Shown here in pieces: positions 1 to 14,105 of a stretch of DNA of 64,000 nt; positions within the stretch are counted from its first letter, which is position 1; every line of letters begins with the position of its first letter. The stretch lies in NCBI GenBank assembly GCA_964016885.1, contig OZ024742.1:248930001-248994000 (forward strand). The letters are read 5' to 3'. The notes beneath the pieces are model-generated. The model saw nothing but the letters and a program-made list of their open reading frames with translations, searched no databases and was not told the origin of the DNA. The DNA comes from Eledone cirrhosa. Its lineage: Eukaryota. The position numbers were made by a program, and so were the translations under genes.

Positions 1-99
1 TTTCAATTTGATAAAAAATGAGAAATAAAAACTATGTGTTCTATGTTGAACTGTAATGGATATACGAATAACATTTACGTGAGAAAAAATACGCCCTAA

Positions 100-470
100 A
101 TGTGTTTTCAAATTTATTGATCGATGTGTTTGGTACAACAACTTAATTTCCATCAGATTATGGGCTACCATTTTAAAATATGGAAAGATACAATAGGTAA
201 TCTCATAAAATTATTTAGATCTGTTGATATGGTCGGGGTGTTGTGCCACTAAAAGCATATTATTAGTGACAAAAATTTTCCTGACAGGTCATCGGGATTA
301 CATTTCAGATGGAATATTTACTCAATTTGATGGACATTCAGTATTTGAATGGTTCTTTATTTTGTAAGGAGGAATGAGGAAGTTTACAGTAATTGCCGAT
401 TTAAACGGAGGAATTAAACATGCCATAACTAAATACTCCACAGCGTTTAATCCGGCTTTCTATTGATTCG
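100..470 (+). mobile_element. Very decayed Tc1/mariner-superfamily transposase remnant
   Basis: Frameshifted fragments (IWSG, IISDKNFPDR, LLNLMDIQ, ADLNGGIKHAIT) recall DD37D/Tc3-type catalytic and C-terminal segments. Confidence 0.35.
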
Positions 471-519
471 AATATACAAAAACAATAAGAATATTTATTA
501 TTATTATTATCATTAGAGG

Positions 520-1570
520 TTGGGGAATTGGCAGTATTGGTAGACGGTCGAACGCCATGCTTTGCAGCATAGAGTTACCGCCCTTTATGGTAAGAGTTCA
601 AATCCCGCCGAGGTTAACTTTGCCTTTCATCCTTACGTCGTCGCTAAAATAAAGTACCAGTAACGTGGGTTTGATATAATCGACTTTCTCCTCCCCCAGA
701 ATTGCTGGCCTTGTGCCTATATAAGAAATCATTATTGTTATCATCAAAGGGAGGAGTGCGGGACTGTGTCCTGAATATATCTTTTTATCCCGTTAGTAAA
801 ATAAGTCGGATTACTTTGAATAAATAATAAATGAATATTGCATAATTTATGTACTAAATTTCGTAGCTGTTGATTATTCTTATATATAATTGTTTCTATT
901 TTTGGCTCAAGGCCAGCAATTATCTCAGTACATTACTGGTACTTTATTTCATCGACCCCGTAAGGATGAAAAGGAAAGTTGACCTCAGCGGGTTTTGATC
1001 TCAGACCATAAAGGGTCGCAACTCTATGCTGTAAAGCATGGCGTCCGACCCTCTACCGATAAGAATGATTGTTTATTCTAAGATTCACTTCTTTAAACAT
1101 TTTCAAATGTCAATAATTCCGGTTATGATATAACTGACGAACGCTTATATAAACGTTCACATATTTGCATCGTTATATCATAACGTTTATATTGCATATA
1201 ATATCAATATGCACACTACACATGCTAGCAGAAAACCACCCTAATGGTGGTTTTCTGCTAGTTTAAATAATTGTTTCTACTTTTGGCACAAGGCCAGCAA
1301 TTACCCAGTACATTACTGGTACTTTATTTTATCGACCCCGTAACGATGAAAGGCAAAGTTAACCTCGGCGGGATTTGAACTCAGACCATAACTCTTTGCT
1401 GCAAAGCATGGCGTCAGACCCTCTAACGGTACTGCCAATCCACCTCCTAGTTTAAATAATTGTTTCTACTTTAGGCACAAGGCCAGCAATTACCCAGTGT
1501 ATTACTGGTACTTTATTTTATCGACCCCGTAACGACGAAAGGCAAAGTCAACCCGCTAGTTTAAATAATG
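520..1570. mobile_element. Cluster of tRNA-derived SINE family A copies (520-737 +; 889-1060, 1268-1445, 1457-1555 -)
   Basis: A-box-like TGGCAGTATCGGTAG, B-box GTTCAAATCC and conserved body GCCTTTCATCCTTACGGGGTCGATAAAATAAAGTACCAG (Nin/Deu-domain-like by recollection); ATT-type tail. Confidence 0.88.
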
Positions 1571-2005
1571 ATAAATATAATAATACGTTCCTGTATTAGC
1601 CACAATGTCTTTTACGTGGAACATAAAAAGGATTACGAACAAAAGGATTATGATACATATCGGGTTAGATGAAATAAATTATATCAACAGGAGGGTAAGG
1701 GCAAGTATACAAAGACGCTTTAAAGTTGAATAAATACATTATATTCATAAAAGAATATTAATAGTAACAATATTAAGATGAATCTTGCTATCAATTTTTT
1801 TTTCTAGATATTTTAAAAGTAAATGACCTGCAAGAATCCGAGTTGCCAGCTTCAGATGAAGGTTGGTTTACAATATTATTTTTATTATTTTCTCTCTCTG
1901 CACATTGCACGATTCCTATCTTTTAGTGCACACACACAAATATGATCGGTACACCATATATCACCTATAAATTATACGCATTTCTCTTTATCTATATATA
2001 TATAA

Positions 2006-2075
<70 letters not shown>

Positions 2076-2107
2076 GCGTGTGTGTGTGTCTGTGTGTCTG
2101 TGTATGG

Positions 2108-2460
2108 TGGCTGCAACTCGATATCGAGTAATGCCATTGCTTGGTACTTAAGCATGAGCATCACGGATTGGCATTCAGTATTCTTATAGAATTGTCTCTG
2201 GTCAGCAATAAGATGCATCACAAAAAAATGTCACATATCAAGGGATGCCTGAGCTTGAAGCTTTTTTAAGTGAGGAAATGCTTTGTAAGAAGCGAAACCC
2301 ACTCTCTGAACATCAAATGCATTTGCCCCAAATGAAGAACTGGTCGAGATCATTGGATGCAAACGCTGTCGCAGGTCCTATATCAGAGTGACCTTTTCCT
2401 TGATAGATGTCTTGGTGAAGACTAGAAGTCTCTCGCTCCACAAAATAAAGAAACTTTACT
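2108..2460 (-). mobile_element. Retroposon 3'-end remnant (related end at 14355-14660)
   Basis: Shared terminus GGCTG...CTCG(A/T)TATCGAGTA...GCCATTGC next to microsatellite in both places; RTE-like tail by recollection. Confidence 0.4.
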
Positions 2461-2508
2461 GGATGAAATAAATATATGATATATATATATATATAAATAC
2501 ACACACAC

Positions 2509-2553
<45 letters not shown>

Positions 2554-3083
2554 ACACCTCAGTATGCAGATTGGAGGACTCGACGAAATATGCAGGTTGG
2601 TTTCAGTTAATATTTTCCAAATCTTTCAAATGTTGATATTGGTTGTAACCCACATGCATTTTATTTTTTAATTTGTTTGTCACCCCCTACCACGTGAAAT
2701 GGTGGCAGGATAGAAGCCAACCCCCACACACAAATATTCTGAACATAGCAGCAGCAAACCAAAGCTGACCTGCCAGCTGATCCCTTAACACCACTACCAC
2801 TACCAACACAATGGAGGAGGTCAGCTGTACTTAAATAAAGACAACCACAACAGATTGTCTTGCCTCAGAAAAATTTCTATAAACTTTTGACTGAGGAATG
2901 TTCTCACAACTGACCAATGGGATGCGAGCGTGTCCTATGACGCTGAAATACATTTTTCTAATTCATATGATTCCATTTCCTCAGAGAAATAACAACGCAA
3001 CCCGGAACTGGACATATCGGAGTATTGATGGAGTAAAACACACTTCAACAACATGTGTACCTGTCTTTCCCACATCAATTCGG

Positions 3084-3138
3084 ACTGCCTGAAGAGGCCA
3101 CAGCCAATGATGGTTGTCACCGAAATATATATAGCAGT
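3084..3138 (+). ncRNA. Type I hammerhead ribozyme, family 1
   Basis: ACTGC-CTGAAGA-GGCCACAGCCA(ATGA)TGGTTGTCACC-GAAA-TATATA-TA^GCAGT. Stem I ACTGC/GCAGT, intact core, palindromic minimal stem III. Confidence 0.88.
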
Positions 3139-3189
3139 ATATCTATAATTTATAATAAACGAAGCCAAATTTTACATACTTGACTTAAT

Positions 3190-3238
<49 letters not shown>

Positions 3239-3265
3239 TGGTTACGCAACACTTAGTTCACCATA

Positions 3266-3304
3266 CCGAGAACAATTGTTTCACCTTAGCGGATCCTCAG
3301 CTCG
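3266..3304 (-). ncRNA. Type I hammerhead ribozyme, family 2
   Basis: Minus strand CGAG-CTGAGGA-TCCGCTAAGGT-GAAA-CAATTG-TT^CTCGG. A truncated + strand copy starts at 3322 (inverted pair). Confidence 0.82.
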
Positions 3305-3442
3305 TAATGGACATGGTTATACCGCTAAGGTGAAACAATTGTTCTCGGTATGGTCAACTAACTGTTGTGTAACCACTTCTACCTAACTCGTCCCATGGAC
3401 TGAGTGCTCTACCACTACGGATATTACCTTCCAGTGTTCTAC

Positions 3443-3479
<37 letters not shown>

Positions 3480-4542
3480 AGTAAAAATTAGCGAGAATCG
3501 AATTTCAGCCTATGAAATAACGAAAAAACACTTTCGAATTGTGAGGCAAACGCTCAATAATTCAAAAGAATTAGAGCTTACAACTTACGTTAAAGGCCAA
3601 ACACACTGCGATGGTGGTTAAACTAATTATCCACACAGCGAAGATTTGATCTCCTATTTCGGGTCAAACAGATATACAGATATAAAAATATATATATATA
3701 TATACAGAGGGAGGGGGAAGAGAGGGAGAGAGATGAGGATTTTACCAGTTTTAAACAAGGCCATTATTCAGCACACACTCTCTCATATATATATATATAT
3801 ATATCATACCAAACTCTCCTCTAACCACATCTTACTTCGCGCTGCCATTTTTGTACTGTCATTTAGAATGTATGTCTGCAGACCGCTGAGATAAATTCAG
3901 AATGATAATATAAATAATGTACACATACTACTGTGTATCCATTCTTTTGTTTGGTATAAATATTTCTCTACTTGATTGTTATTCTCTCTGTAAAACAATC
4001 CAGAATGTGAATAATAATATAGGTAAATCCATAGGAAAATCCACTTATGTGAAAGTGTTCTCTTCTAGAGAAACGGCTATAAAACATTAGTGCACGTAAT
4101 AAAGCATACGTCGTATGTTGTCATTACTTTCCATATTCGGATAAGATATAATATTTTTAACTCAGAATGCACAGAGTTTGCTGGAATATATATTGCAAAA
4201 CTTCTCATTCTAACGCTGTACCAGTTCCGCAAATACAACGGTCCTGGACTAGTATTTTATTTATCGATCCGCGGGAGGAGGAAAAACAAGGTTTCTTTCA
4301 GCAGTATATCAATAAAGAACGCTAGGTGCCAGAAGATTTAAAATAATACAAGGTTTCACAGCCGTCGTAATGAATATTCCATATTTTATACATGGACCTC
4401 GAAAGATTGAAACACTAAGTGGACATGGGCAGAAAACAGAGTCCTTAGAGCCAGTAAATATACGGCAGCATTTCTGCTAATTATCTGCCCTAACATTTCT
4501 GTTAATGCTCTGTCTATGACAGGATTGAAATAAAGATAATGC

Positions 4543-4730
4543 TGTTTCTACTTTTGGCACAGGGCCAGCAATTATACCAGTGCATTACTGGTACTTTATT
4601 CTATAGACCTCGTAAGGATGAAAGACAAAGATAACCTCGGCGGAATTTGAACTCAGAACTTAAAGGGCCATAAGTCTATGCTGCAAAGCATGGCGACTGA
4701 TGCTCTACCGATCCTGCTAATCCACTTCGC
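4543..4730 (-). mobile_element. SINE family A copy
   Basis: Reverse complement of the same head and body. Confidence 0.85.
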
Positions 4731-4948
4731 TGAAATAAAGCTAATGTGGAAGTGAATGCAATCTGCAAAGAGATGCGAGCAGCCTGGTGGTCTTGTTCTG
4801 TACTTGGTGATTACACATGTTAAAATACTGACCTTAGATCAACAACACAAATGAAAATATCGACTTAAGCCGACAATTGACATCTAGTGACCTATCTCGG
4901 AAAATTCTGAATTATGGCTACATCTTTGAAAATATGCGCGTGAGCGCG

Positions 4949-5034
<86 letters not shown>

Positions 5035-5088
5035 AACACACACACATAAACACACACCCACACACATATATATATATGATATCATATC

Positions 5089-5190
<102 letters not shown>

Positions 5191-5420
5191 AAAGGTAAAC
5201 AGAAATAACAACACAGTCGGTACAGTATATGGAAGGGATATATTAGGTTAACGCTTGATATAGCTGGAAGAGGGTTTTAGATGCTAGTCCTTCATCCGAA
5301 GAAAGAATGAGAAATAAGATAGATTGAGGGGCTGGCGGGATGGAATTGGAAAAAATGTCTTTAGATAAAAATGACAGGTCCATATATATATATCATATAT
5401 CATATTATATATATATATAT

Positions 5421-5477
<57 letters not shown>

Positions 5478-6249
5478 CACACATATATATATATATAAAG
5501 AGAGAGAGATAATATATACATACATAAAGTATATAAGTATATATATGTGATGGGTTTGTTGGACATATAATAGAGTAGTGTAATAATTAAGTGTGTGTGT
5601 GCGTGTGTACGTATAAAATAGAGAGTGTTATCAATGGTGTATTAAGTAGTGTGTAGTGTGTAATACATAGGTAGTGGGTTATTTAATAAGCTGTAGTCTG
5701 GGTGATAAAATTCCACGCTGTTGTATTAATAGGGTTATGTCGGTTAGAAGAGATATTATGACAGCTTATAAGCAATAAATACTTTCACAACCATTCAATC
5801 ATTGATTTCCCGCCTCCTCCGCATTTCCCGCCTTCTTCGTCACCTCCTGCTATATATATACATATACATATGTATTGCTCTTCCTCCTCCCCCTCCATTT
5901 CACTATTGAAGACAATCTCCTCTATCTGAATACAAATGTTATGTGTTCAGTTTATGGTTTTGGTAGCTTGTAAATTAACTAGAACACATATACTTAGAGA
6001 CACACATGCACATACATACATAGATACACAGACATACGCAAATACACTAAGCACTCACACATAAACATACATGCAATCTACATACGTATAGGCTCACACA
6101 TACAAACACAAAAACACACATACATAGTAAAACTAGACATATTCACATAGAGAGAAAGACAGAAATAAATAAATGCACAGAAACATACATAGATATATAT
6201 ATAGTGACACACTGGCACACACACACATACACACACACACCCACACACA

Positions 6250-6535
6250 CACGTGAGTGCATACACATACGCAAACACAGACATTCACACACACACACAC
6301 ACACACATACGCACAGGCGAGTGCATACACATACGCAAACACAGACATTCACACACACACACACACACATACACACACGCGAGTGCATACAAATACGCAA
6401 ACACAGACATTCACACACACACACACACACACATACACACACGCGAGTGCATACACATACGCAAACACAGACATTCACACACACACACACACTCACACAC
6501 ACACACATACGCAAACACAGACATTCACACGCTCA
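6250..6535. repeat. CA-rich minisatellite (~62-66-bp unit, ~4.5 copies)
   Basis: Recurring GAGTGCATACACATACGCAAACACAGACATTC(AC)n. Confidence 0.9.
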
Positions 6536-7454
6536 CACACACACACATACACACACACACACACACGCACACAAACGTGCATTCATAAGCTTATGCACTC
6601 ACAAAGACACGCCCGTACTGTGACTATGCGCATCTGAGTGTGTGTTTGAATGTATATATGGCGTCACTGTGTCTGTATGTGTGTAAGTCTGTATGTGCTT
6701 GTATGTACCTTTGTGTCTACTCGTGTGTGTGTTTCTGTATATGTGGGAGTCTCTCTAATTGCATATGTAGAGTGTGCGTGTAACTTACACACACACACAT
6801 ATATTCAATCAAAGAAACATATATATATAGGGAGAGAAACATGCCAAGAAACGCACATACAGACATACACATATAGAGAAACACACATAAGTCCATATAT
6901 ATAAGAACATACAGGCACACAGACACACATATGCATGCACTTATATACAATCTAACACACACAGAGATTCACATACACACTGTATATAAAGACACAACAC
7001 ACTAACGGTTTGATTTCACCTCGCGATCTAGACATTGTGATAAATGAATATAGATTCATGTTTTTTTTTTTCTCTATTTAATTTGTTGTTGTTGATGCAG
7101 TTATTCTTATATGCGATACCGTTGTCGTCATTGTTTTTGTTACTGCTGTTTGTTTTTCACTTGTTGTTTGACTTCCTATTTATGTCATTGATAAGTGTGT
7201 ACTTGTCATTGTTAAATGTACCGTTGTTGTTCTTATTATAGTTTATGTTTTTGTTATTGATTTTCTTCTTATTGCCTTGGCACTTCTTTGTATCTTTGCA
7301 GTTTATATTTTTCTCTTGTGGCAGATTTGCCCCAGATCAGCTCTGATCGAGGAGACATAATTAATAGCGTTCCAAATGTGACCCACCTTCCAGAGCATGT
7401 GTCTCGAGGATTGCGTCATTCAATGTATTCATTCATTATTTGATGCTTTGCATG

Positions 7455-8385
7455 TCGGTGGATTGGCAGTATCGTTAGAGGGTCGGACGCCGTGCTTTGC
7501 AGCATAGAGTTACGGCCCTTTATGATCTGAGTTCAAATCCTGCCGATGTTAACCTTGCCTTTCATCCTTACGGGGTCGATAAAATAAAGTACCAGTCATG
7601 CACTGGGATCGATTTAATCGACTTCCCCTTCCGCCAAATTGCCGCCCTTGTGCCTATATAAGAAACCATTATTTTATACTTTGAGTCGTATAGTTACGGT
7701 CCTTTGTGCTCTGAGTTCAAACATCTTCATGGGGTCGATGTAATAAAGAACCAGTAATGCACTGAGCTCGATTCAATCGACTTTCCTCTCTCCCAATACT
7801 GTTGACCTTGTGCTGAAATCAAAAGTCATCATTTATTTAATGACTAGTGTGGATGATTGGCAGTATAAGTATAGCATCGGACATAACCTTTGTGGAATAT
7901 AGTTACAGCCGTTTTCATTCTGAATTCGAATCCCACCGAGGTTAGCTTTGACTTTCTTACTCACGGAGTCGATAAATTGAAATACCAGTAATACACTGGG
8001 TCGATTTAAACGACTTTCCCCTGTCCCCAAATTGTTGGCCTTGCGCCAAAAGTAGAAGCAGTTATTTATTTAATGAATTTGAGGCATATTTTTACGGCTG
8101 TGAGTTTAGCTCTGATTTTATATCCTTACGGGGTCAATAAAATCAAGCACCAGTAACACACTGAGGTCGATTTACTCGACCTTTCTCTCCCCAAAATTGT
8201 TGGCCATGTGTCTAAATCAGAAACTATTATATAATTAATAGTTTCTACTATTTGCGCAAGGCCAGCAATTACGCCAGTGCATTTCTGGTTCTTTATTTTA
8301 TCGACCCCGTAAGGATGAAAGGCAAAGTTAACCTCGGCGGGATTTGAACTCAAAACGTAAAGGACCATAACTCTATGCTGCAATG
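7455..8385. mobile_element. Cluster of five SINE family A copies (four +, one -)
   Basis: Repeated GTTCAAATCC / GGGGTCGATAAAATAAAGTACCAG bodies. Confidence 0.85.
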
Positions 8386-8417
8386 ACTTCAAGGATGGAG
8401 GAGGGCTTGGGGAATAT

Positions 8418-8579
8418 TTGTATTTCCCGGCGCCGAAGACGCTTCGTCCTCGAGGACGCACCCTAATTTCGGCAACCAAAATTTTGAAAAAAAAGTATTA
8501 AACAACCTCTAGGACGTATGGTAGACTTTTGAGACTTATTTTAGGAAAATAGTAGCGTCTTAGACGCCAGGAAATACGG
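8418..8579. mobile_element. pogo/Tc2-like MITE
   Basis: Imperfect TIRs GTATTTCCCGGCGCCGAAGACGC / GCGTCTTAGACGCCAGGAAATAC. Confidence 0.65.
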
Positions 8580-8679
8580 TGTTTGTTATTGGTTTTGTGA
8601 CAAGATACATGTTCCCTTATTGTTGTTTTATTGTGGCTTTTATAGTTGTTGGTGTTGTGACGGTTTTCTCATATGCTAC

Positions 8680-9760
8680 CACTGGTATTGGTGGTGGTAT
8701 TGGTGGTGATGGTGGTGGTGGTGGTGGTGGTGGTGGTGGTGATGGTGGTAGTTGTTGTTGTGGTGGTGGTGGTGGTATTGATGGTGATGGTGGTGGTGGT
8801 GGTGGGGTGCTAGTGGTGGTGGTGATGTTGGTGGTGGTATGGATGGTGATTGTGGTGGGATGCTAGTGCTAGTGGTGGTGGTAGTGGTGGTGGTAGTGGT
8901 GGTGGTGGTGGTGGTGGTGGTGGTGGTAGTATTGATGGTGGTGGGTGGTGGTGGTGGTAGTGGTGGTCATTGTGGTGGTGGTGGTGGTGGTGATCTTGGT
9001 AGTGACGGCGGTAATATTGATAATAAGGTTATTGCTGGTAGCGATGATGATGATGATTAGTATGGAGATGATGATGATGGGATGATGATAGTGATACTGA
9101 TGACGACGACTATGATGACGACGACTATGATGATGATGATTAAGAAGACGTCGATGATGATGACGATGATGAGGGCAATGTTGATAATGATGATGATGAG
9201 GAAGAGGAGTAGGAGGAGGAGGAGAAGAAGAAGAAGAAGAAGAAGAAGAAGAAGAAGAAGAAGAAGAAGAAGAAGAAGAAAAGAAAAAGAAAAAGAAAAA
9301 GAAAAAGAAAAAGAAAAAGAAAAAGAAAAAGAAAAAGAAAATAAAGAAGAGAAAGAAAAAGAAAAAGAAAAAGAAAAAAGAAAAAGAAGAAAAAAAAGAA
9401 AAAGAAAAAGAAAAAGAAAAGGAAAAAGAAAAAGAAAAAGAAAAAGAAAAAGAAAGAAAAATAATAAAAAAGAAGAAGAAGAAGAAGAAGAAGAAGAAGA
9501 AGAAGAAGAAGAAGGGGAGAGGGAGAGGAGGTTGCTGCTGCTGTTGCTGCTTCTGATGATGATGTTGATAATGATGATAATGATGATGATGATATTGATA
9601 ATTGGTAGTGTTGTGGCGATAATGACGATAATTGACGGTTGTGATGATAAGAATGATGATGGCAATGATGATCATCACGATCACGATCACGATCAGGATA
9701 TCATCACGATCATGATATCATCACGATCATGATCGTGATGATATCATCATCATGACCATG
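8680..9760. repeat. Compound tri/hexanucleotide microsatellite (GGT)n-(GAT)n-(GAA)n-(GAAAAA)n
   Basis: Direct inspection; similar blocks at 22470-23060 and 38920-39500. Confidence 0.95.
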
Positions 9761-10157
9761 ACGTTGATTGGTTCTGATGACTCAGCTCAAATGATGGTTA
9801 TAACAACTGATATCTTCTGCTCTCTATTTGATTGTTTCACTGTTATGCTGTTGTTTTTGTTGTTATTCATTTTATTTTCTCCATACAATAGTTGTGTTGG
9901 TTGTATTGGTTTAGAATTGTCAATGATATAAGAAGATTTGGCTAAAGCCGTGTAAGGTCACCATTTTCATAGCTTCCATGACATGCAGTCTTTGGTGGAG
10001 TTTAGCTTCTTCTCTGTGAAACTTGTCAGGTTCTCTTAGTAGAATGTTAAATGTTGAATATTTATTCTGTGATTCTGCATAATTGCTTCGGTGAATCACA
10101 TGACCTGCACGGTTCTTTACACACACACACACACACATACACACACATACACACACA

Positions 10158-10208
<51 letters not shown>

Positions 10209-10393
10209 ACACACACACACGTGGTATATGGAATTATGCATACATATTTACAGTTACATGTATATGAACGCCCGCCCATACACACACATACACACGTATA
10301 CACATACATATACACTTACAGATATATACATATAAATATATATACATATATATTTACACACACATACAATATACATATGTATATATTTATATA

Positions 10394-10435
<42 letters not shown>

Positions 10436-10520
10436 AGACACATACAATATACAATATACATATGTGTATATATATATATATATATACGTATATATATACA
10501 ATATACACCTACACACACAT

Positions 10521-10553
<33 letters not shown>

Positions 10554-11296
10554 CATACATGCATACATACACAGATACATGCATACAGACATACAGACAT
10601 ATATATGCATATGTGTGCATATATAAACATACATACATACATACATACAAATGTACAGGCATACACAAACACACACATGAATATACACATGCATAATCAT
10701 ATGCATGCATACAAATATTATAAGTTCCTCTTTTTTACAGAAAAGGGTCATCTCTTCAAAACGCTAAAGATTTCGCCGAAGCATGTTGCTGTTAAAACTA
10801 AAAGTGCATTGATGTTAGAATAAGTCTGGGGCCGCCCACATGTAGATTTATGACACTTTGCTTCTAACCAGTCGAGTCTGCACACGTTATCACTCCTCAA
10901 TCGTCATGGGATATGTGAAGAAATATCTGCACAATAAAGATGGTAATGCTACGTGTCTGTTCTAAAATACTTAGCACACACACACCATTCCCGCACGTAA
11001 GCAATACAACAGGACAGTTATGAAGATCCCCCTGTGTTATTATCGTGGAGTTTCTCCTTTCCAGGGATATAGCTGTACTCACCATGCTTGGATAATTGCA
11101 CGTTGGTGTGACTGTTTAATTCATAGTTGGCGTGGAGAGACGTTGATTGCGGAATTTATCCGCCCTTCGACAGCTTTTGCGTATTGTGTTGCTGAGTTTC
11201 CACTTACCCTTCTGACCAGACTAGGGTCTGGTGGCGGAGACGTTTTAATCACTGACCACCCGACCATGAAGCAATACCTGTAGCAGCGATAAACCT

Positions 11297-11346
<50 letters not shown>

Positions 11347-11647
11347 GAGAAGAAAGAAGAATACTGCGTGGTTGCACATGGGTTACATATGATAAAATTA
11401 GTCCCTCATCAGTGATTTGCCAACCATCATTGATATTTCATCGCATTAAAAATCATATACCTCAGGTTGGTGCGTGCAATAACTAAAAAAAGCTATTGGG
11501 ACAAGTAAATCGCGTAAAGCGAGTGAGACAAGTAAACAACATAGAAGGATAAAAGCAAACCGAAGATAGGTAAATAAACAAGCAACATGGTTATCCGGTC
11601 AGCATAAGCTGGGTGGATTTCATATATATATGTATGTGTGTGTGTGA

Positions 11648-12425
11648 AAAAAAGGAAAAGAATGACTTCACTTGTAGTTCTAAATAATTTGATTTAATTT
11701 GATAATATTATATTATGAGTTGGTAGATCTAGTAAGTTATTTGTTAACTTCGATTGGAAGAATTTTAAAGATTCCTGGTTAACTTTCTTGGAGAACTTTC
11801 TCTCATTCATCGGTGGCGATTGTCAAACTGAGATCAGATTGTGTTGTGATGTGTGACTCTAAGAGAGATTTAGATGTGTCTGGGTTGTGGGGTGAGGTGT
11901 TAATGAGTGTGGGAGTGAAGGAGTGTTGATGATAATTTAAAGAAATTAAAGCATACGCACATACATATATACACACAGAAAATGGTGAAGGTTGACAGCA
12001 AGATAAGGTTTTATTTCGATAGATGACCTTTGATGAATATAATGGCAGGATGTTTTTGCTGAATCAACTCTCTAAAATTTATAAAGAATATCTTCTACAA
12101 ATTTCTATATCAAAGATGAATTTAGTTGCGTGTCTGGTTGTTGTGGAGGTGGTGGGTTTTAATGAGGTGTCAGATACATGTCTTTTGATAAGAATGGCAT
12201 GACAGTAAAAAGAAAAAAAGAAGGATAGTTTGGGAATATTTGTCAGAAATGTATGTTGTTGATATTGGTTTGGGAGGGGAAGTGTGGGGGGGGGGACGTG
12301 CTAGCTCACATATTCACTTCTCTATATGCAAATATATTTACAGTCCATATATCTTACATACATACACACACACATACACACATACACACATACACACATG
12401 TATATATACCCACATACACACACAC

Positions 12426-12466
<41 letters not shown>

Positions 12467-12571
12467 GTTATAGTCTGTAGTATACTAGTTATCCTACATG
12501 AGCTAAAACCACACTGTCATACCAAGGGCAATATATCTACATGTCTGGGCATATTGATATATTTGTCAACG

Positions 12572-12626
<55 letters not shown>

Positions 12627-12793
12627 CACATATGTACACACACATGCATCCGCATATATATATATACACATACATATACACCTACATATATGTATATATA
12701 TATACATACACATACACACACACACATAGATGTACATACATACATACGTATACACATAAACACACACACACACACATGCATATATATATATAC

Positions 12794-12835
<42 letters not shown>

Positions 12836-13390
12836 GCACGTACATACATACACATATATTCATAAATACACACACACATATGCACACATACACATGTATA
12901 CACATATCTGTACACCTACAGACATATATACAAACACATCTATACATACATATATGTACACGCATCTACTCAAGTAGTTAAGTTCACATATACATTGGCG
13001 TGGGGAAGGGAGAATTAATGAAATGTTATTGTACCTCTGAGGGTTTTTCTTCACTTCAGAGATCGAATGTTTGAAAGTACGGGTGTCATCAACTATTTTT
13101 CTTTTTCAATATGAGATTTGTTAAAGAAAAGAGAGAGAGGGGGAGAATCCCGTTACTTGAAGATGGAATATCACTTTTTTGTGTTCAGTAGAGATTTGTA
13201 TTTTCTAATAAAGAATTCTTCTTTATATTTTCGGAAATGTTCGTAGTCCGACCATATCTTAAAGAAGGGGGAAAACACCAAAGTTAACAAAGAACTTACT
13301 AGATTTACCAACTCATAATATTATAATATTATAAAATTAAATCAAATTATTTAGAACTACAAGTGAAATCATTATTTTCCTTTTTTTCAA
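11648..13390. mobile_element. PLE remnants bracketed by ~105-bp inverted repeats
   Basis: 11648-11752 is the reverse complement of ~13280-13390. The minus strand near 13175-13240 encodes RKYKEEFFIRKYKSLLNTKK*, resembling a GIY-YIG C-terminus (E..FI...LN). Confidence 0.55.
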
Positions 13391-13663
13391 ATATCCCTCA
13401 CTGTACCAATGATCTCAGGCATTTTCCAATATATATAATATATATATATATATATATAAGTATGTACACGTACATACATATATGTATACAAACATACAGT
13501 AGTATGTATATGTATACATACATGCACACATATATATATATGTACGTATGGGTTTACCGAACATTTATTATAATGTTCGGTTTGTTTGTAAACAAACAGA
13601 CCGAATTAAGCCGTACAGTGTTCAGCAACCATCGTTGCCCTTTTGTTCAACACTGACAAAGGA

Positions 13664-13706
13664 ACCATGAACTAGTTTCAAGCTTATTAACTATCGTCAG
13701 CATCGT
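13664..13706 (-). ncRNA. Minimal type I hammerhead ribozyme, family 4 (tandem copy 1)
   Basis: Minus strand ACGATG-CTGACGA-TAGTTAATAAGCTT-GAAA-CTAG-TT^CATGGT. Confidence 0.83.
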
Positions 13707-14105
13707 ACACTTTCCTGTCAGATGATTGGACGCTTGAAAGTATATACTTTCCTTATGCATGTTAACGGCTGAGCAGCCTAATTTGCATATCGAGTGAGTT
13801 ACTCGGCCGGGCGCACCGAAAACGATAAATGGAAAAAATGAAACGAAATTTCATTTCTCACTCTTAGTACGGCTGTTACTTAAATATAAGTATGTACACG
13901 TACATACATATATGTATACAGACGTACAGTAGTATGTATATATATATACATACATGCACACATATATATATGTATGTATGTATGTATGTATGGGTTTACC
14001 GAACATTTATTATAATGTTCGGTTTGTTTGTAAACAAACAGCCCGAATTAAGCAGTACAGTGTTCAGCACCCATCGTTCCCCTTTTGTTCAACACTGACA
14101 AAGGA

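Noticed and set aside
288-363. Candidate upstream exon (CAG acceptor, GTAAGG donor; phase 0->1 would fit exon A)
   Set aside because: Weak polypyrimidine tract, no cysteine pattern like the other exons, and the surrounding sequence reads as decayed transposase. RNA-seq would be needed to exclude it fully.
10737-11300. Possible exon after TTTTTTACAG, or a transposase remnant
   Set aside because: Stops in all three frames before a good donor; transposase similarity is too faint to call by eye.
11360-11420. Minus-strand CTGATGAGGGAC in a TA-flanked island
   Set aside because: No downstream GAAA or closing stems.
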